Source: a virus
Taxonomy: Duplodnaviria; Heunggongvirae; Uroviricota; Caudoviricetes
IMG/VR virus record: IMGVR_UViG_2974574300_000001
Coordinates: 20,420 to 84,419 of that record
Strand: one strand, 5' to 3'
DNA length: 64,000 nt
In this document: positions 1 through 15,002 of the stretch, in pieces
How the letters are laid out: each line of letters opens with the position of its first letter
Numbering within the stretch: the stretch's first letter is position 1
Position numbers and translations under genes: made by a program
Notes under the pieces: model-generated
Told to the model about the DNA's origin: nothing
The model's input: the letters and a program-made list of their open reading frames with translations, nothing else
Databases searched by the model: none

Positions 1-1
1 A

Positions 2-5694
<5,693 letters not shown>

Positions 5695-5696
5695 TA

Positions 5697-6863
5697 ATGG
5701 CAGTAGGTGAAATTCAAATTAGTGCCTTGCCTCAAGCAGCCTTACCAATTGACCTTAGTGATATCTTCCATCTTAAGCAGGGTATTGAGGATAAGAGATG
5801 TACTCTTGAGCAATTACTTGCTCCACACTCAAGCCTAAGAAATAACCCTCACGGTGTTACTAAAACACAAATTGGTTTAGATAATGTTATCAATGCTCTT
5901 CAGTTAGTTGCTGCAAATAACTTATCAGATGTTGCTAATGTCACTGAGGCAAGAGCAAATCTACAGATTATGTCTTCAGAAGAGGTTAATAGTCTTGTTC
6001 AACAGCATATTAATGATAAAAGTAACCCACACAATACAACTAAGGCACAGATTGGTTTGAGCAATGTCCAGAACTGGACAACATCTAATCTTTATAATGA
6101 AGATGCAGATAAGTACGCTACAGCAAGAGCAGTAAATAACTTGTACAAGGCTGTTCAGGCTTCTTATCCAGTAGGTACTATCCATCTCTCTATGAATCCT
6201 GCAAACCCTTCTACATATTTAATTTGTGGGGGTACTTGGGAGTTAGTTTCAAGAGGAAGAGCACTTGTAGGTTATGATAGTGATTCTAGGCCAGTTGGTA
6301 GTAACTTTGGCTCAAGTAGTGTTAGCTTATCTAGTAACAACCTACCATCACATAGCCATTCAATCTACCTAACTGGTGGTGGACACACTCATGGTGCTGC
6401 TATTACTATTGATGGCTTTGATTACGGCAATAAGAGCACAAACAGTTTCGATTATGGAACAAAGACCACTAATAGCACTGGTGCTCACACCCACTCAGTG
6501 AGTGGTTCAACAAATACCACAGGTAATCACACACATACTGTAGGTGGTCGTTATGGTGGTGACTCTATCGGTGGTAAACCGCGTGTTCAGGTATCTGGTA
6601 CAGAACAGGTTTCCAGTGTAGCTGGTGACCACTCACACACTATTAGCGGTTCAACAAATACCACAGGCAATCACCAACACACTGTTGCAATTGGTGCTCA
6701 CACGCATACTGTTGCAATTGGTGCTCATACCCATAAAGGCACAGTAACTTTGCAGTCATCTGAGCATACTCACTCAGGTACTACAGGTACTACAGGTGCT
6801 GGTCAAGCATTCAGCGTTGAACAACCATCCTTTGTGGTTTATGTATGGCAAAGAACCGCTTAA
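5697..6863 (+). CDS. tail fiber protein with C-terminal His-x-His repeat (metal-binding-type) tip
   Basis: 388 aa; C-terminus has many HxH motifs (SHSHS, GHTHG, AHTHSVSG, NHTHTV, DHSHT, NHQHTV, AHTHTV x2), as in T4 gp37/gp12-type fiber tips; shares a near-identical module with 8322..9257. Confidence 0.6.
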   Translation: MAVGEIQISALPQAALPIDLSDIFHLKQGIEDKRCTLEQLLAPHSSLRNNPHGVTKTQIGLDNVINALQLVAANNLSDVANVTEARANLQIMSSEEVNSLVQQHINDKSNPHNTTKAQIGLSNVQNWTTSNLYNEDADKYATARAVNNLYKAVQASYPVGTIHLSMNPANPSTYLICGGTWELVSRGRALVGYDSDSRPVGSNFGSSSVSLSSNNLPSHSHSIYLTGGGHTHGAAITIDGFDYGNKSTNSFDYGTKTTNSTGAHTHSVSGSTNTTGNHTHTVGGRYGGDSIGGKPRVQVSGTEQVSSVAGDHSHTISGSTNTTGNHQHTVAIGAHTHTVAIGAHTHKGTVTLQSSEHTHSGTTGTTGAGQAFSVEQPSFVVYVWQRTA

Positions 6864-6876
6864 AAATTCTTTTACA

Positions 6877-6898
6877 GGGGGCTGTACAGCCCTCTTTC
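6877..6898 (+). terminator. stem-loop plus T-rich tract between tail fiber genes
   Basis: gggct-gtac-agccc followed by tctttct; preceded by ctttacagggggct motif also present in the 51-54 kb cassettes. Confidence 0.3.
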
Positions 6899-6913
6899 TA
6901 GAGGACAAAAATA

Positions 6914-8275
6914 ATGGCAGATTACAAATTGAGTGAATTAAACTCAATCGATACAATCCGTTCAGACGACCTTCTTCATGTCAGGGTTAAAAAGAGACCT
7001 GAAATGCTGGGTGATGAAGACCGTCGAATGACCTATCAAGACTTCTTAGCATCTTTTAAGCTTGAAAGATTTGTTCAGATTGCTGGTAGTACTATGACTG
7101 GTGACTTAGGGATTGTTAAGTTACTTTATGGTGGTAAGGCAGTCTTTGACCCTACAGGCTCTTCCGAGATTACTATGGGGGATGTTTTAAAGACTTTTAA
7201 AATTAATGCAAATGGTCTTAAACTAACTATTGCAGATGCTTCAAGGTCTGCAACTGTTTATCATACTCTTAATAAGCCAAGTCCTAATGAGCTTGGGATG
7301 AGAACTAATGAAGAGAATGATGCAAGATATGCAAGGCTTGCTGTCACAAACACATTCTCTGGGACTCAGAACATTCAAGGTGATGTTAACTTACTTCGCC
7401 TTAGAAACCAAAATGCAAATAATGCACAATATATTGAAGGTGTAGACCTAGATGGCTCGGCTAGATGGTTGGTTGGTATTAGTAAAAATGGTTCTGATGC
7501 AGTGCAGTTGTACAATAATAAATATGACTCAGCTTTGACTATTGCAAGTAATATCTCTGTTAATAAGTCTTTAGCAATCACTGGTCAAGTCCAACCTTCG
7601 GATTTCTCTAACTTAGATGCTAGATACTTTACTCAGACAGTTGCTAATCAGAGATTTGCACAGTTAGCTGGGAATAACACTTTTACAGGTGCTAATACTT
7701 TCACTAACCTTGTTGTTAAGAAGAATGCTAATGCTATTACTTTGCAGAATACTGATGCAGGTACAGCACTTTATATTCTCGGTAAGAGGTCTGATGGAAC
7801 AAATAAATGGTATGTTGGTACAGATTCTGATGAGACACGTCTGAACATTTATAACTACCTTACAGGTTCACAGGTTTCACTAGGGACTACTATTGGTATT
7901 AATAAAACCGTGCAAATCAATGGTCAAGTTCAGCCATCTGATTGGACTAACATTGACTCTAGATATATTCCGGCAGCAACATTAAGTACAATTGCAAGAA
8001 CTAATGCACAAAATACTTTTAATGGTGCGCAAACAGTTGTTAGTGATGGCGAAGGTTTAGTTATTAAAAACTCTACTCAGAATAGGCCATTGTATATTCG
8101 TGGTAAGGACGCTGCCAATGTATCAAGATGGTGGTTAGGTGTTGGTGACCCAAATTCTACTGATGTAGCCTTAAACAACAGCTTCTCTGGCACTCAGTTA
8201 ATTTTAGGTAACTCATCTGCAAGTATCAATAAGACATTAACCCTAGCAGCAGATTCAACCTTCAGATTTCTCTAA
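6914..8275 (+). CDS. tail fiber protein with triplicated ~115 aa module
   Basis: 453 aa; internal repeats each ending GQVQPSD(F/W)(S/T)N(L/I)D(A/S)RY; third copy runs across the stop into the frame of the next ORF. Confidence 0.55.
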   Translation: MADYKLSELNSIDTIRSDDLLHVRVKKRPEMLGDEDRRMTYQDFLASFKLERFVQIAGSTMTGDLGIVKLLYGGKAVFDPTGSSEITMGDVLKTFKINANGLKLTIADASRSATVYHTLNKPSPNELGMRTNEENDARYARLAVTNTFSGTQNIQGDVNLLRLRNQNANNAQYIEGVDLDGSARWLVGISKNGSDAVQLYNNKYDSALTIASNISVNKSLAITGQVQPSDFSNLDARYFTQTVANQRFAQLAGNNTFTGANTFTNLVVKKNANAITLQNTDAGTALYILGKRSDGTNKWYVGTDSDETRLNIYNYLTGSQVSLGTTIGINKTVQINGQVQPSDWTNIDSRYIPAATLSTIARTNAQNTFNGAQTVVSDGEGLVIKNSTQNRPLYIRGKDAANVSRWWLGVGDPNSTDVALNNSFSGTQLILGNSSASINKTLTLAADSTFRFL

Positions 8276-8321
8276 CTTAGATGCTAGATATTACACGCAA
8301 TCTACCGCAAACTCTAGGTAT

Positions 8322-9257
8322 ATGCTTGCTTATTCTTCTGGCACTGGTACAGAGGTAGGTGATAGTGATGGCATTGCTTGGAATGCTAAAACTGGTCTGT
8401 ATAATGTTACAGGTTATAGTGGAGGCTCAACACAGCTTGTTTTCCAAATGTATCAGGGTGCAAGCTCTACTCCCTCTGCTCAATTAAAATTCAACTACAG
8501 GAATGGGGGTTTTTGGTATAGGTCATCAAGGGATGGTTTTGGTTTTGAAGAGGACTTCACACAAATTTATACAGAGAAGTATAAACCAACTCCTTCAGCT
8601 ATTGGTGCATACACTAAAGCAGAGACTGACCAGAAGATTGCAGAAGCGATTAGTGACTCTACAGACCTTAATAAAATCTATCCAGTAGGTATTGTAACGT
8701 GGTTTAACAGTAATGTTAACCCTAATACCGCACTTCCTGGATTAACTTGGACGTACCTGAACAATGGTGTAGGTAGGACAATCAGGGTTGCAGCAGCTAA
8801 TGGTTCAGATGTTGCTACAACTGGAGGCTCAGATTCTGTTACGTTAGCAGTTGGAAACTTACCTTCACACACTCATAGTTTCTCTGCGACAACCTCTAGC
8901 TTTGACTACGGTACTAAAACCACTAACACTACTGGTGCTCACACCCACTCAGTGAGTGGTTCTACTAACAACACTGGTGCTCATACACATACAGTTGGTG
9001 GTCGTTATGGTGGTGACTCTATCGGTGGTAAACATCGTGTTCAGGTCTCAGGGACTGAACAGGTATCTAGCTATGATGGTGCTCACTCTCACACTGTATC
9101 TGGTACTGCTGCCTCTAACGGAAACCATGCTCACACAGTTGGTATTGGTGCTCACAGTCATACAGTTAGTGGTAACACTGGTGGTACAGGTTCTGGTTCA
9201 GCATTTAGTGTAACTAACCAGTTCTATAAGCTGATGGCTTGGGTAAGAACTGCTTAA
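8322..9257 (+). CDS. tail fiber protein, HxH-tip paralog; frame open upstream from 8247 and possibly fused to 6914..8275
   Basis: 311 aa from first ATG; C-terminal FDYGTKTTNTTGAHTHSVSGSTNNTGAHTHTVGGRYGGDSIGGKHRVQVSGTEQVSS nearly identical to 5697..6863; upstream in-frame translation QQIQPSDFSNLDARYYTQSTANSRY continues the repeat of the preceding gene. Confidence 0.55.
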   Translation: MLAYSSGTGTEVGDSDGIAWNAKTGLYNVTGYSGGSTQLVFQMYQGASSTPSAQLKFNYRNGGFWYRSSRDGFGFEEDFTQIYTEKYKPTPSAIGAYTKAETDQKIAEAISDSTDLNKIYPVGIVTWFNSNVNPNTALPGLTWTYLNNGVGRTIRVAAANGSDVATTGGSDSVTLAVGNLPSHTHSFSATTSSFDYGTKTTNTTGAHTHSVSGSTNNTGAHTHTVGGRYGGDSIGGKHRVQVSGTEQVSSYDGAHSHTVSGTAASNGNHAHTVGIGAHSHTVSGNTGGTGSGSAFSVTNQFYKLMAWVRTA

Positions 9258-9336
9258 TCCCTTATTGACTGATTGTTAAGATGGTGTTAATATTCTTTAT
9301 GGGTATTCTCACCATCTTGGCTGATGAGGTGATTAA

Positions 9337-9531
9337 ATGCCTACAATCCTAGCAATTCTCCTAAAAAATCTAGGTAGCTTCTTCTGGAAACTCATTTTAT
9401 CCCTTCTAAGTGAATACATGATTGAGAAAGTGTTCTTTAAGCTTGCAAGATACCTTGCGGGTAAGACAGACACACCTATTGATGATGAGTTCGTAGATAA
9501 CTTAGAAAAAGCTTTTAAGGGGGAGAAATAA
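9337..9531 (+). CDS. small membrane protein
   Basis: 64 aa, hydrophobic N-terminal segment ILAILLKNLGSFFWKLILSLL. Confidence 0.35.
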   Translation: MPTILAILLKNLGSFFWKLILSLLSEYMIEKVFFKLARYLAGKTDTPIDDEFVDNLEKAFKGEK

Positions 9532-9897
9532 ATGAAGTGGCTAGAGGAAGCTTTTAAAAATAATATTGGTGCAATTGTTGTTGGTATTTTTAGTGTTATT
9601 GGGATGTATACCACGATGCAAGTTTCAAGTGGTAAGCAAGAAGTGTCTGTCACAACAAAGTTACAGCAGCTAGATAATTATTCCAGAAGTAACTATTCAG
9701 CTATTCGTGATTTACAGTCTGACATGAGACTGATTCAGCTAGGGATGGAGAACCAGAAAGTTCAGTTAGAGAATGTTAAGGGTGAAAACGCAAAACTTAC
9801 CAAAACCCTTGATAAATTCTCTGACAGTGTAAATAATCTGGCTCAATCAGTATCAGCCCTCCAAGCTATTACTGAGAAGAACACAAAAGAACACTGA
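9532..9897 (+). CDS. membrane-anchored coiled-coil protein
   Basis: 121 aa; N-terminal TM (IGAIVVGIFSVIGMY) then coiled-coil-like region. Confidence 0.35.
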   Translation: MKWLEEAFKNNIGAIVVGIFSVIGMYTTMQVSSGKQEVSVTTKLQQLDNYSRSNYSAIRDLQSDMRLIQLGMENQKVQLENVKGENAKLTKTLDKFSDSVNNLAQSVSALQAITEKNTKEH

Positions 9898-9910
9898 AAA
9901 TAAAATTTTA

Positions 9911-9940
9911 AGGCTCCTTTTTACGGGAGCCTTTTTGTTT
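9911..9940. terminator. bidirectional rho-independent terminator between convergent operons
   Basis: aggctcc-tttttac-gggagcct followed by ttttgtttt and preceded by an A-run. Confidence 0.6.
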
Positions 9941-10839
9941 TACTTACCTACTGACAAAGGTGCTTCAATCTTCCCTGCGTGTTTGTAGTTGTTAATACCA
10001 CCAATAAAATCACTCGCAGTAAGGTGTTTTAGGTCACTTAGCGTGTTAAGTGGTAGACCAATCTCAAAAGTTGGTGCATGGAACTCTTCATTATTCATCA
10101 ATTCATAAACCTGCTTCATATGGTTCTGATAAATCTGAGTATCCCCAAAGACACCTATCAAGTATCGTGGAGTGTACCCAGTCATCTTGCAAAGTACTTC
10201 CAGAATAAAACCATAAGATGCAATGTTAAACGGAAGTCCTAAAAAGGTGTCTACAGAACGTTGATACCATTGTAAGTCAACTTCACCCTCGTTAGTGATA
10301 TAAATCTGAAACAGAACATGACAAGGTGCTAAAGCCATCGAGTTGGATGCAATATCTGCTGCATTCCAAGCATTAACAAGCATGTAGCGGTCTGTGATAT
10401 CACCTTTCATCTTCGTTACTAAGGTCTCTAACTGGTCTACAACACAACCATTATGACCTTCAAAGTTTCTCCACTGAACCCCGTAGATTCTCCCACCTGC
10501 ATCTTCTAACCAATCTTGTTCAGAAGAATAATTAGAGCTTAACCAGCGTTTAAAATCATCTGACCAGATAGTCCAGCGTTCTCCATCATTTTCACCCCAA
10601 GTACGGTAACGGAGTTCACCAAGTTTATTCTCACCGTTCAGGAACCATAAAGCTTCCCCAATAACTTGCCGTGTAAACACCTGTTTAGATGTTAAGAGTG
10701 GGAAACCAGTACGCATATCAAAACGAAATTGTGGTGGAGCGAATGCAGAGATAACATCTCCAGTTCGTGTAGTACGCAGTTCACCAACGGATAAAACATG
10801 GTTCAGGATATTTTTGTAACTTGAATCTGCTTGTGACAT
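9940..10839 (-). CDS. thyA: thymidylate synthase
   Basis: 299 aa with FAPPQFRFDMRTGFPLLTSK, ALAPCH active-site region and GLPFNIASY motifs. Confidence 0.9.
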   Translation of the reverse strand: MSQADSSYKNILNHVLSVGELRTTRTGDVISAFAPPQFRFDMRTGFPLLTSKQVFTRQVIGEALWFLNGENKLGELRYRTWGENDGERWTIWSDDFKRWLSSNYSSEQDWLEDAGGRIYGVQWRNFEGHNGCVVDQLETLVTKMKGDITDRYMLVNAWNAADIASNSMALAPCHVLFQIYITNEGEVDLQWYQRSVDTFLGLPFNIASYGFILEVLCKMTGYTPRYLIGVFGDTQIYQNHMKQVYELMNNEEFHAPTFEIGLPLNTLSDLKHLTASDFIGGINNYKHAGKIEAPLSVGK

Positions 10840-10840
10840 A

Positions 10841-11386
10841 TCAAAAGTGTCCTTTTACTTGTGGAACATAGATTTCAAAGGTTGCTTTACCATCATCTGA
10901 AGGTCTTGACTGTACCTTTGCAAACACACGGCTATCATACAGTTTATCGAAGAAGTTTTCAAAAGGTAAATACACAGTGGCCTCTTCAGTAACTTTATGG
11001 AAAACTGTATGGAAAACTACACCAGCATACGGTAAAGCATCGACAAGAACACCTGCACCACCAATTACAAAGACATCTTCATCAATAGAGCTATCAAGAT
11101 ACTTCAAAAATGCTCCAAAGGACTCTTTGCTGGCCTTAGCATACATTACATCATCTTTGTCAAAGTCTATACCTAAATATGGTACAGAATTTGTTAAGAT
11201 GAGGTTTGTACGTTCTGGTAAAGGTTTACTACCCAGAGTCTTAAAAGTCTCATTACCCATCACTACTAAATTATCTTTAGTGAGTCTCTTAAACTCTTGC
11301 ATATCCTGTTTATGTCGAGGCCACGGCATACCAGTTGGAGTACCAAACTCTCCATTTTCACCACTTGCAAAGATTAATTTAATCAT
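10841..11386 (-). CDS. folA: dihydrofolate reductase
   Basis: 181 aa; N-terminal IFASGENGEFGTPTGMPW and LVVMGNETFKTLG match DHFR; adjacent to thyA. Confidence 0.8.
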   Translation of the reverse strand: MIKLIFASGENGEFGTPTGMPWPRHKQDMQEFKRLTKDNLVVMGNETFKTLGSKPLPERTNLILTNSVPYLGIDFDKDDVMYAKASKESFGAFLKYLDSSIDEDVFVIGGAGVLVDALPYAGVVFHTVFHKVTEEATVYLPFENFFDKLYDSRVFAKVQSRPSDDGKATFEIYVPQVKGHF

Positions 11387-11643
11387 TTTGTAAACCCTTT
11401 CTTAATGAACCAGTTGATAACATTCTTCACAGCTTTATTGCTATGGTAGATTAAGTGCGGTGTGGGTTGGTATGAACCATAAGCCCAGAAAGCAATGATT
11501 TCATTACATCCTGTACACCTTGTACTCTCTTCAGCAATATGACCGTTGGCTATTTCACTTACCTCACCTTGTAAGTCTGTACACCCACAATGTGGACATC
11601 GGATAGGTGTTCCGTCAGACTCACAGCAGTGTTCAATTTTCAT
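11383..11643 (-). CDS. small zinc-ribbon protein
   Basis: 86 aa with CPHCGC...CTGC cysteine pairs. Confidence 0.4.
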   Translation of the reverse strand: MKIEHCCESDGTPIRCPHCGCTDLQGEVSEIANGHIAEESTRCTGCNEIIAFWAYGSYQPTPHLIYHSNKAVKNVINWFIKKGFTK

Positions 11644-12159
11644 TTACTTAACCTCAAAAACTGGCTCAAGAACCAATATAAAGTCTACACAGTCATCTTC
11701 TTCATCCAGAATACCATCAAAGTTCTTAGGAACGAAGTCGAAGAGGCTCATAACAAAACAGTCAGAAGTGACCCTGATAGTTCCTCCCATGTTCTCTACA
11801 GTTAACACTGTACGACTTTCTTTTACCTCCCTCAGAAGATTACTCACAAAGTCATCTAAGAAATACTTCATTAGTGACTTGAAACCTTTAGGGTAATCTG
11901 TACCAGAGTATGTTTCAATCTGCGGTACAAGCTTAACATTTATACTAGTCTTTGTTAAGAATGTGCTAGAGAACATGCTATCAGGTAACTTACAAACAGT
12001 CTTTCCAGTACCTTCATGCTCAATCTCAACAAAACCAGCTTCATCGCCACATGTAACTATTTTAAAAGATGCTTCATTCTCATACTGTGAAGCCATAAAC
12101 TTTTTAAGCATCACTTTAAGGAAATCTGCATGAGCATCTTGTAAGTAGATATCAATCAT
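11644..12159 (-). CDS. hypothetical protein
   Basis: 171 aa ORF in co-oriented operon. Confidence 0.4.
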   Translation of the reverse strand: MIDIYLQDAHADFLKVMLKKFMASQYENEASFKIVTCGDEAGFVEIEHEGTGKTVCKLPDSMFSSTFLTKTSINVKLVPQIETYSGTDYPKGFKSLMKYFLDDFVSNLLREVKESRTVLTVENMGGTIRVTSDCFVMSLFDFVPKNFDGILDEEDDCVDFILVLEPVFEVK

Positions 12160-12172
12160 AGTTAATCACCTA

Positions 12173-12532
12173 TTATGGGAACAAGCACTTAATGTCATCG
12201 TTTTTGAAAACAAAACTTGTGTAGTTGTGACCGTCAACATCCAGCCAAACAGCCTGAACATCTACACCATCAAGATTCTGGTAAAGCTCTTTGATGAAGT
12301 GGTCTTTTACAATCTGACTGCTAGTTGTTTCCAGCTTAATGTTCGAGATTGCTGAACCTACAGCCATATAACCCATGACACGTTTCTTCTCAGTATGCTT
12401 AATCTTACCATCTTTGTAAGCCATAATGAGATTGGAAAGAATCTTTACACCATAATACTTTTCAAGGTGAGTAGGTACACCATAAAAGCCTAATGCGAAG
12501 TTTTCAGAGTGGATAATGTTTTCACGTTTCAT
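12173..12532 (-). CDS. hypothetical protein
   Basis: 119 aa ORF. Confidence 0.4.
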   Translation of the reverse strand: MKRENIIHSENFALGFYGVPTHLEKYYGVKILSNLIMAYKDGKIKHTEKKRVMGYMAVGSAISNIKLETTSSQIVKDHFIKELYQNLDGVDVQAVWLDVDGHNYTSFVFKNDDIKCLFP

Positions 12533-12533
12533 A

Positions 12534-12863
12534 TTAGTCTGCCAACCTTAAATTGAAATTAACACCAAATTTTTCACATACTTCCAACATATACTCAAGG
12601 GAAACATTACCAGTGAGGTGGATTATGTTGGATACACGAGCCTGAGAGATACCGCAAATTTTAGCAACTTGTTCTTGAGAAAGACCTCTGGATTTAATCT
12701 CTCTCTTAAAACGATGTGCAACGAAGTCTCTCATTTCGTCTACATCCATTGGACAAATATAACTCTCCATTTCAGCCTCTCTATCAGCCTCCCAATCATC
12801 TTGTGGGGCATAAGGGTCAAAAACATCATTCATCTTTCTTCTTCCGTTTGCGTGAAGTGTCAA
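12534..12863 (-). CDS. helix-turn-helix (XRE-like) DNA-binding protein
   Basis: 109 aa; LSQEQVAKICGISQARVSNIIH resembles an XRE-family HTH. Confidence 0.5.
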   Translation of the reverse strand: MTLHANGRRKMNDVFDPYAPQDDWEADREAEMESYICPMDVDEMRDFVAHRFKREIKSRGLSQEQVAKICGISQARVSNIIHLTGNVSLEYMLEVCEKFGVNFNLRLAD

Positions 12864-13038
12864 TCAATGAATCTATGTTTGTAGCCCTAACCTTTTCACG
12901 TTCATCGTTAAGATAATCATCAAGAACCTTTTCAATCTGTGAATCATCTTGACAGATAACTGTAAAGACTGTAAAGCCGTCTGTATCATCAATTATCTTA
13001 CCATAACCGCTTCTGGGATGTAACTTTTTAAGAGCCAT
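12826..13038 (-). CDS. hypothetical protein
   Basis: 70 aa ORF overlapping neighbour. Confidence 0.3.
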   Translation of the reverse strand: MALKKLHPRSGYGKIIDDTDGFTVFTVICQDDSQIEKVLDDYLNDEREKVRATNIDSLIDTSRKRKKKDE

Positions 13039-13039
13039 A

Positions 13040-13423
13040 TCAAATACCTGTGCAGCTTCTGTTTTCTAAGAAATACTCAACACCATACATAGCTTTTTGC
13101 ATCAAATCTTCTTTAAACTGGATACGATGGTTGCGCATAGCCTGTACATCAATATCATCATGGTGCTTCTCTTTAATATTTGCAGATTGCAGGAAATACT
13201 CTCCAAGAACGCGATACTGATAGTCAGTTACCTTATCAGTCATCTCTGTTAAAGACTCTTCAGAGATTGGTTTCAGTAGCTCACCATTAGCTAGAGCAAG
13301 ACCTTTAACAATCTGGCAAGTGTCTTCTGGAACACCTGATAAGTCCACATTTGGAAGTTCTGTTGCATTGACTGGTAAATTCATTGCCATAACCATTGCA
13401 GCAGCTAATAAAATCTTTTTCAT
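13040..13423 (-). CDS. secreted (signal-peptide) protein
   Basis: 127 aa; N-terminus MKKILLAAAMVMAMNLPVNA is signal-peptide-like. Confidence 0.45.
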   Translation of the reverse strand: MKKILLAAAMVMAMNLPVNATELPNVDLSGVPEDTCQIVKGLALANGELLKPISEESLTEMTDKVTDYQYRVLGEYFLQSANIKEKHHDDIDVQAMRNHRIQFKEDLMQKAMYGVEYFLENRSCTGI

Positions 13424-13705
13424 AATGACCTCAAAGTTATATTAAATTTTGTATTACATTGAGTATAAAAATAAGCTATAACACCTGACTTGTCAACAGA
13501 TTTTATAGCTTATTTGGCAGATTTTTTATAAGGCTACTGCCATCCTTCCATACCAGACTACGCCATGCCAGACCAGACTTCACATCACCTTACCGTGCAA
13601 TACATCGCTTAAAACCCTCTTAGAAGACTCTTAAGTGATGCTGGTGAGTACCCGTTGGTTCATGCTGCTCAGTATACTCACCAAATTTTCTATGTCAACA
13701 ACTTT

Positions 13706-14845
13706 TTATTCGTAATCTCGAATAACTAGCCCAACAGGGAACTGTAAAGACCCCTTACGAGTCATCTTCTGGAACTGAACCGTCAAAGGTTTCCCGATAA
13801 ACTCTTCAGGATGCTCAGCAAGATACTGTTTCTTCTCATGAGTAGTTTTCCATGAGACATCTACAAAGACGTTAGGAAGAGTCTCTACAACGAACTTGCC
13901 ATGACCACGTTTATCGGTCTTTACACCAGTCACTTTAAACTCTTCAGTGTGCATCTTCTTGTGCTTAATCAAGAAGTAGGAACGGTGACCACACTCGTAG
14001 AAAGATTCTTCAGAGATTGAGCGGTACATTGCACCTTCAAACTTAGCTTCAACCCACTTATCATGAGCTTCATCAAACTCTTCCCAAGAATTTACACGAC
14101 GAGACTTAACAGGAACAACTTTACAGCCGTCTCTAAAGTCATTCAATGGTGAAGTCTCAATAATATCTCTACGCTCAGGCCACGTCTTAGTACTGTCACA
14201 GATATCATACCAGTAAAACTTGAGTAGATGTCGGTCAGGATTGTCTTCATTTTTAATCATGGAGACAATATCTTCTAAGTCCAACCCATGAGCATAGATT
14301 TCACCATCAAATTCATCAACATCTTTATGGAGCCTCAACATTGCCATAATGTCAGGTATTAGCTCAGTAGGAATTTTATAAATAGTGTTCTCACGAGAAT
14401 ATGCTGTAAATACACTGCCAATACTTAAGTGTCTTGAAATTCTACAACGGACACCATCAAGTTTTGGTTGAGCATCAGCAGGGAACTTCAGATACTTTGC
14501 ATGGCTAACCTTTGCAGCATCATGAGCAAGCTGTACACCTACCTTCTCAGTATTCTGTGCAGACTCTTTTGTGTAAGCGTAACCTTTACGGTCTACTTGT
14601 TTCTTGTACTTAGCAGAAACTTCAAAGAGAGCTTGCTGTTCAGCGTTACGCTCATTCTTTTTACCGATGTTCTTAGGCTCTGCTGTGTACTCTTCAAACA
14701 TCATCTTGCCATTTTCTTTACCGTAGGTTGTAATAACTTTGTCACCTACAGCAACACATGACCAGACGTTAAAAGAGCCGTCTTTATTTTGTTTGTATAG
14801 GATTGTCATTTTATTCCTCTGAGTGATACCAAGTATTGCAAGCAT
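13706..14845 (-). CDS. ATP-dependent DNA ligase
   Basis: 379 aa with ligase motif I PKLDGVR, motif III FDGEIY, EGAMYRS and motif V LIKHKK. Confidence 0.7.
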   Translation of the reverse strand: MLAILGITQRNKMTILYKQNKDGSFNVWSCVAVGDKVITTYGKENGKMMFEEYTAEPKNIGKKNERNAEQQALFEVSAKYKKQVDRKGYAYTKESAQNTEKVGVQLAHDAAKVSHAKYLKFPADAQPKLDGVRCRISRHLSIGSVFTAYSRENTIYKIPTELIPDIMAMLRLHKDVDEFDGEIYAHGLDLEDIVSMIKNEDNPDRHLLKFYWYDICDSTKTWPERRDIIETSPLNDFRDGCKVVPVKSRRVNSWEEFDEAHDKWVEAKFEGAMYRSISEESFYECGHRSYFLIKHKKMHTEEFKVTGVKTDKRGHGKFVVETLPNVFVDVSWKTTHEKKQYLAEHPEEFIGKPLTVQFQKMTRKGSLQFPVGLVIRDYE

Positions 14846-15002
14846 TACATGCGTAAAGCTCTAAGTCATTTTTATCTGGTTTGTGGAAACAGTTGGCTCC
14901 GCAGTGGCAACGAAATGGCTTTCCACCAACTGTCAGGATGAAGGACTGAACCTTTCCATCAGGAGTTCGTACAGCATTTTTATGCTTATCTTCTTTGTTC
15001 AT
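14811..15002 (-). CDS. small zinc-ribbon protein
   Basis: 63 aa with CHCGANC and CNACN cysteine clusters. Confidence 0.35.
   Translation of the reverse strand: MNKEDKHKNAVRTPDGKVQSFILTVGGKPFRCHCGANCFHKPDKNDLELYACNACNTWYHSEE

Noticed and set aside
8956-9213. 85 aa ORF rich in Val/Leu/Thr inside the tail-fiber tip region
   Set aside because: It is an alternative frame of the HxH-repeat coding DNA (repetitive ACNCAC codons read out of frame); artefact of the repeat
13424-13705. tRNA genes in intergenic gaps (13424-13705, 20125-20350, 51000-51458, 55638-57400)
   Set aside because: No convincing cloverleaf with a T-loop GTTC-type box and matching acceptor stem was found by eye; a tRNAscan-SE/Aragorn run would be decisive and might still find some
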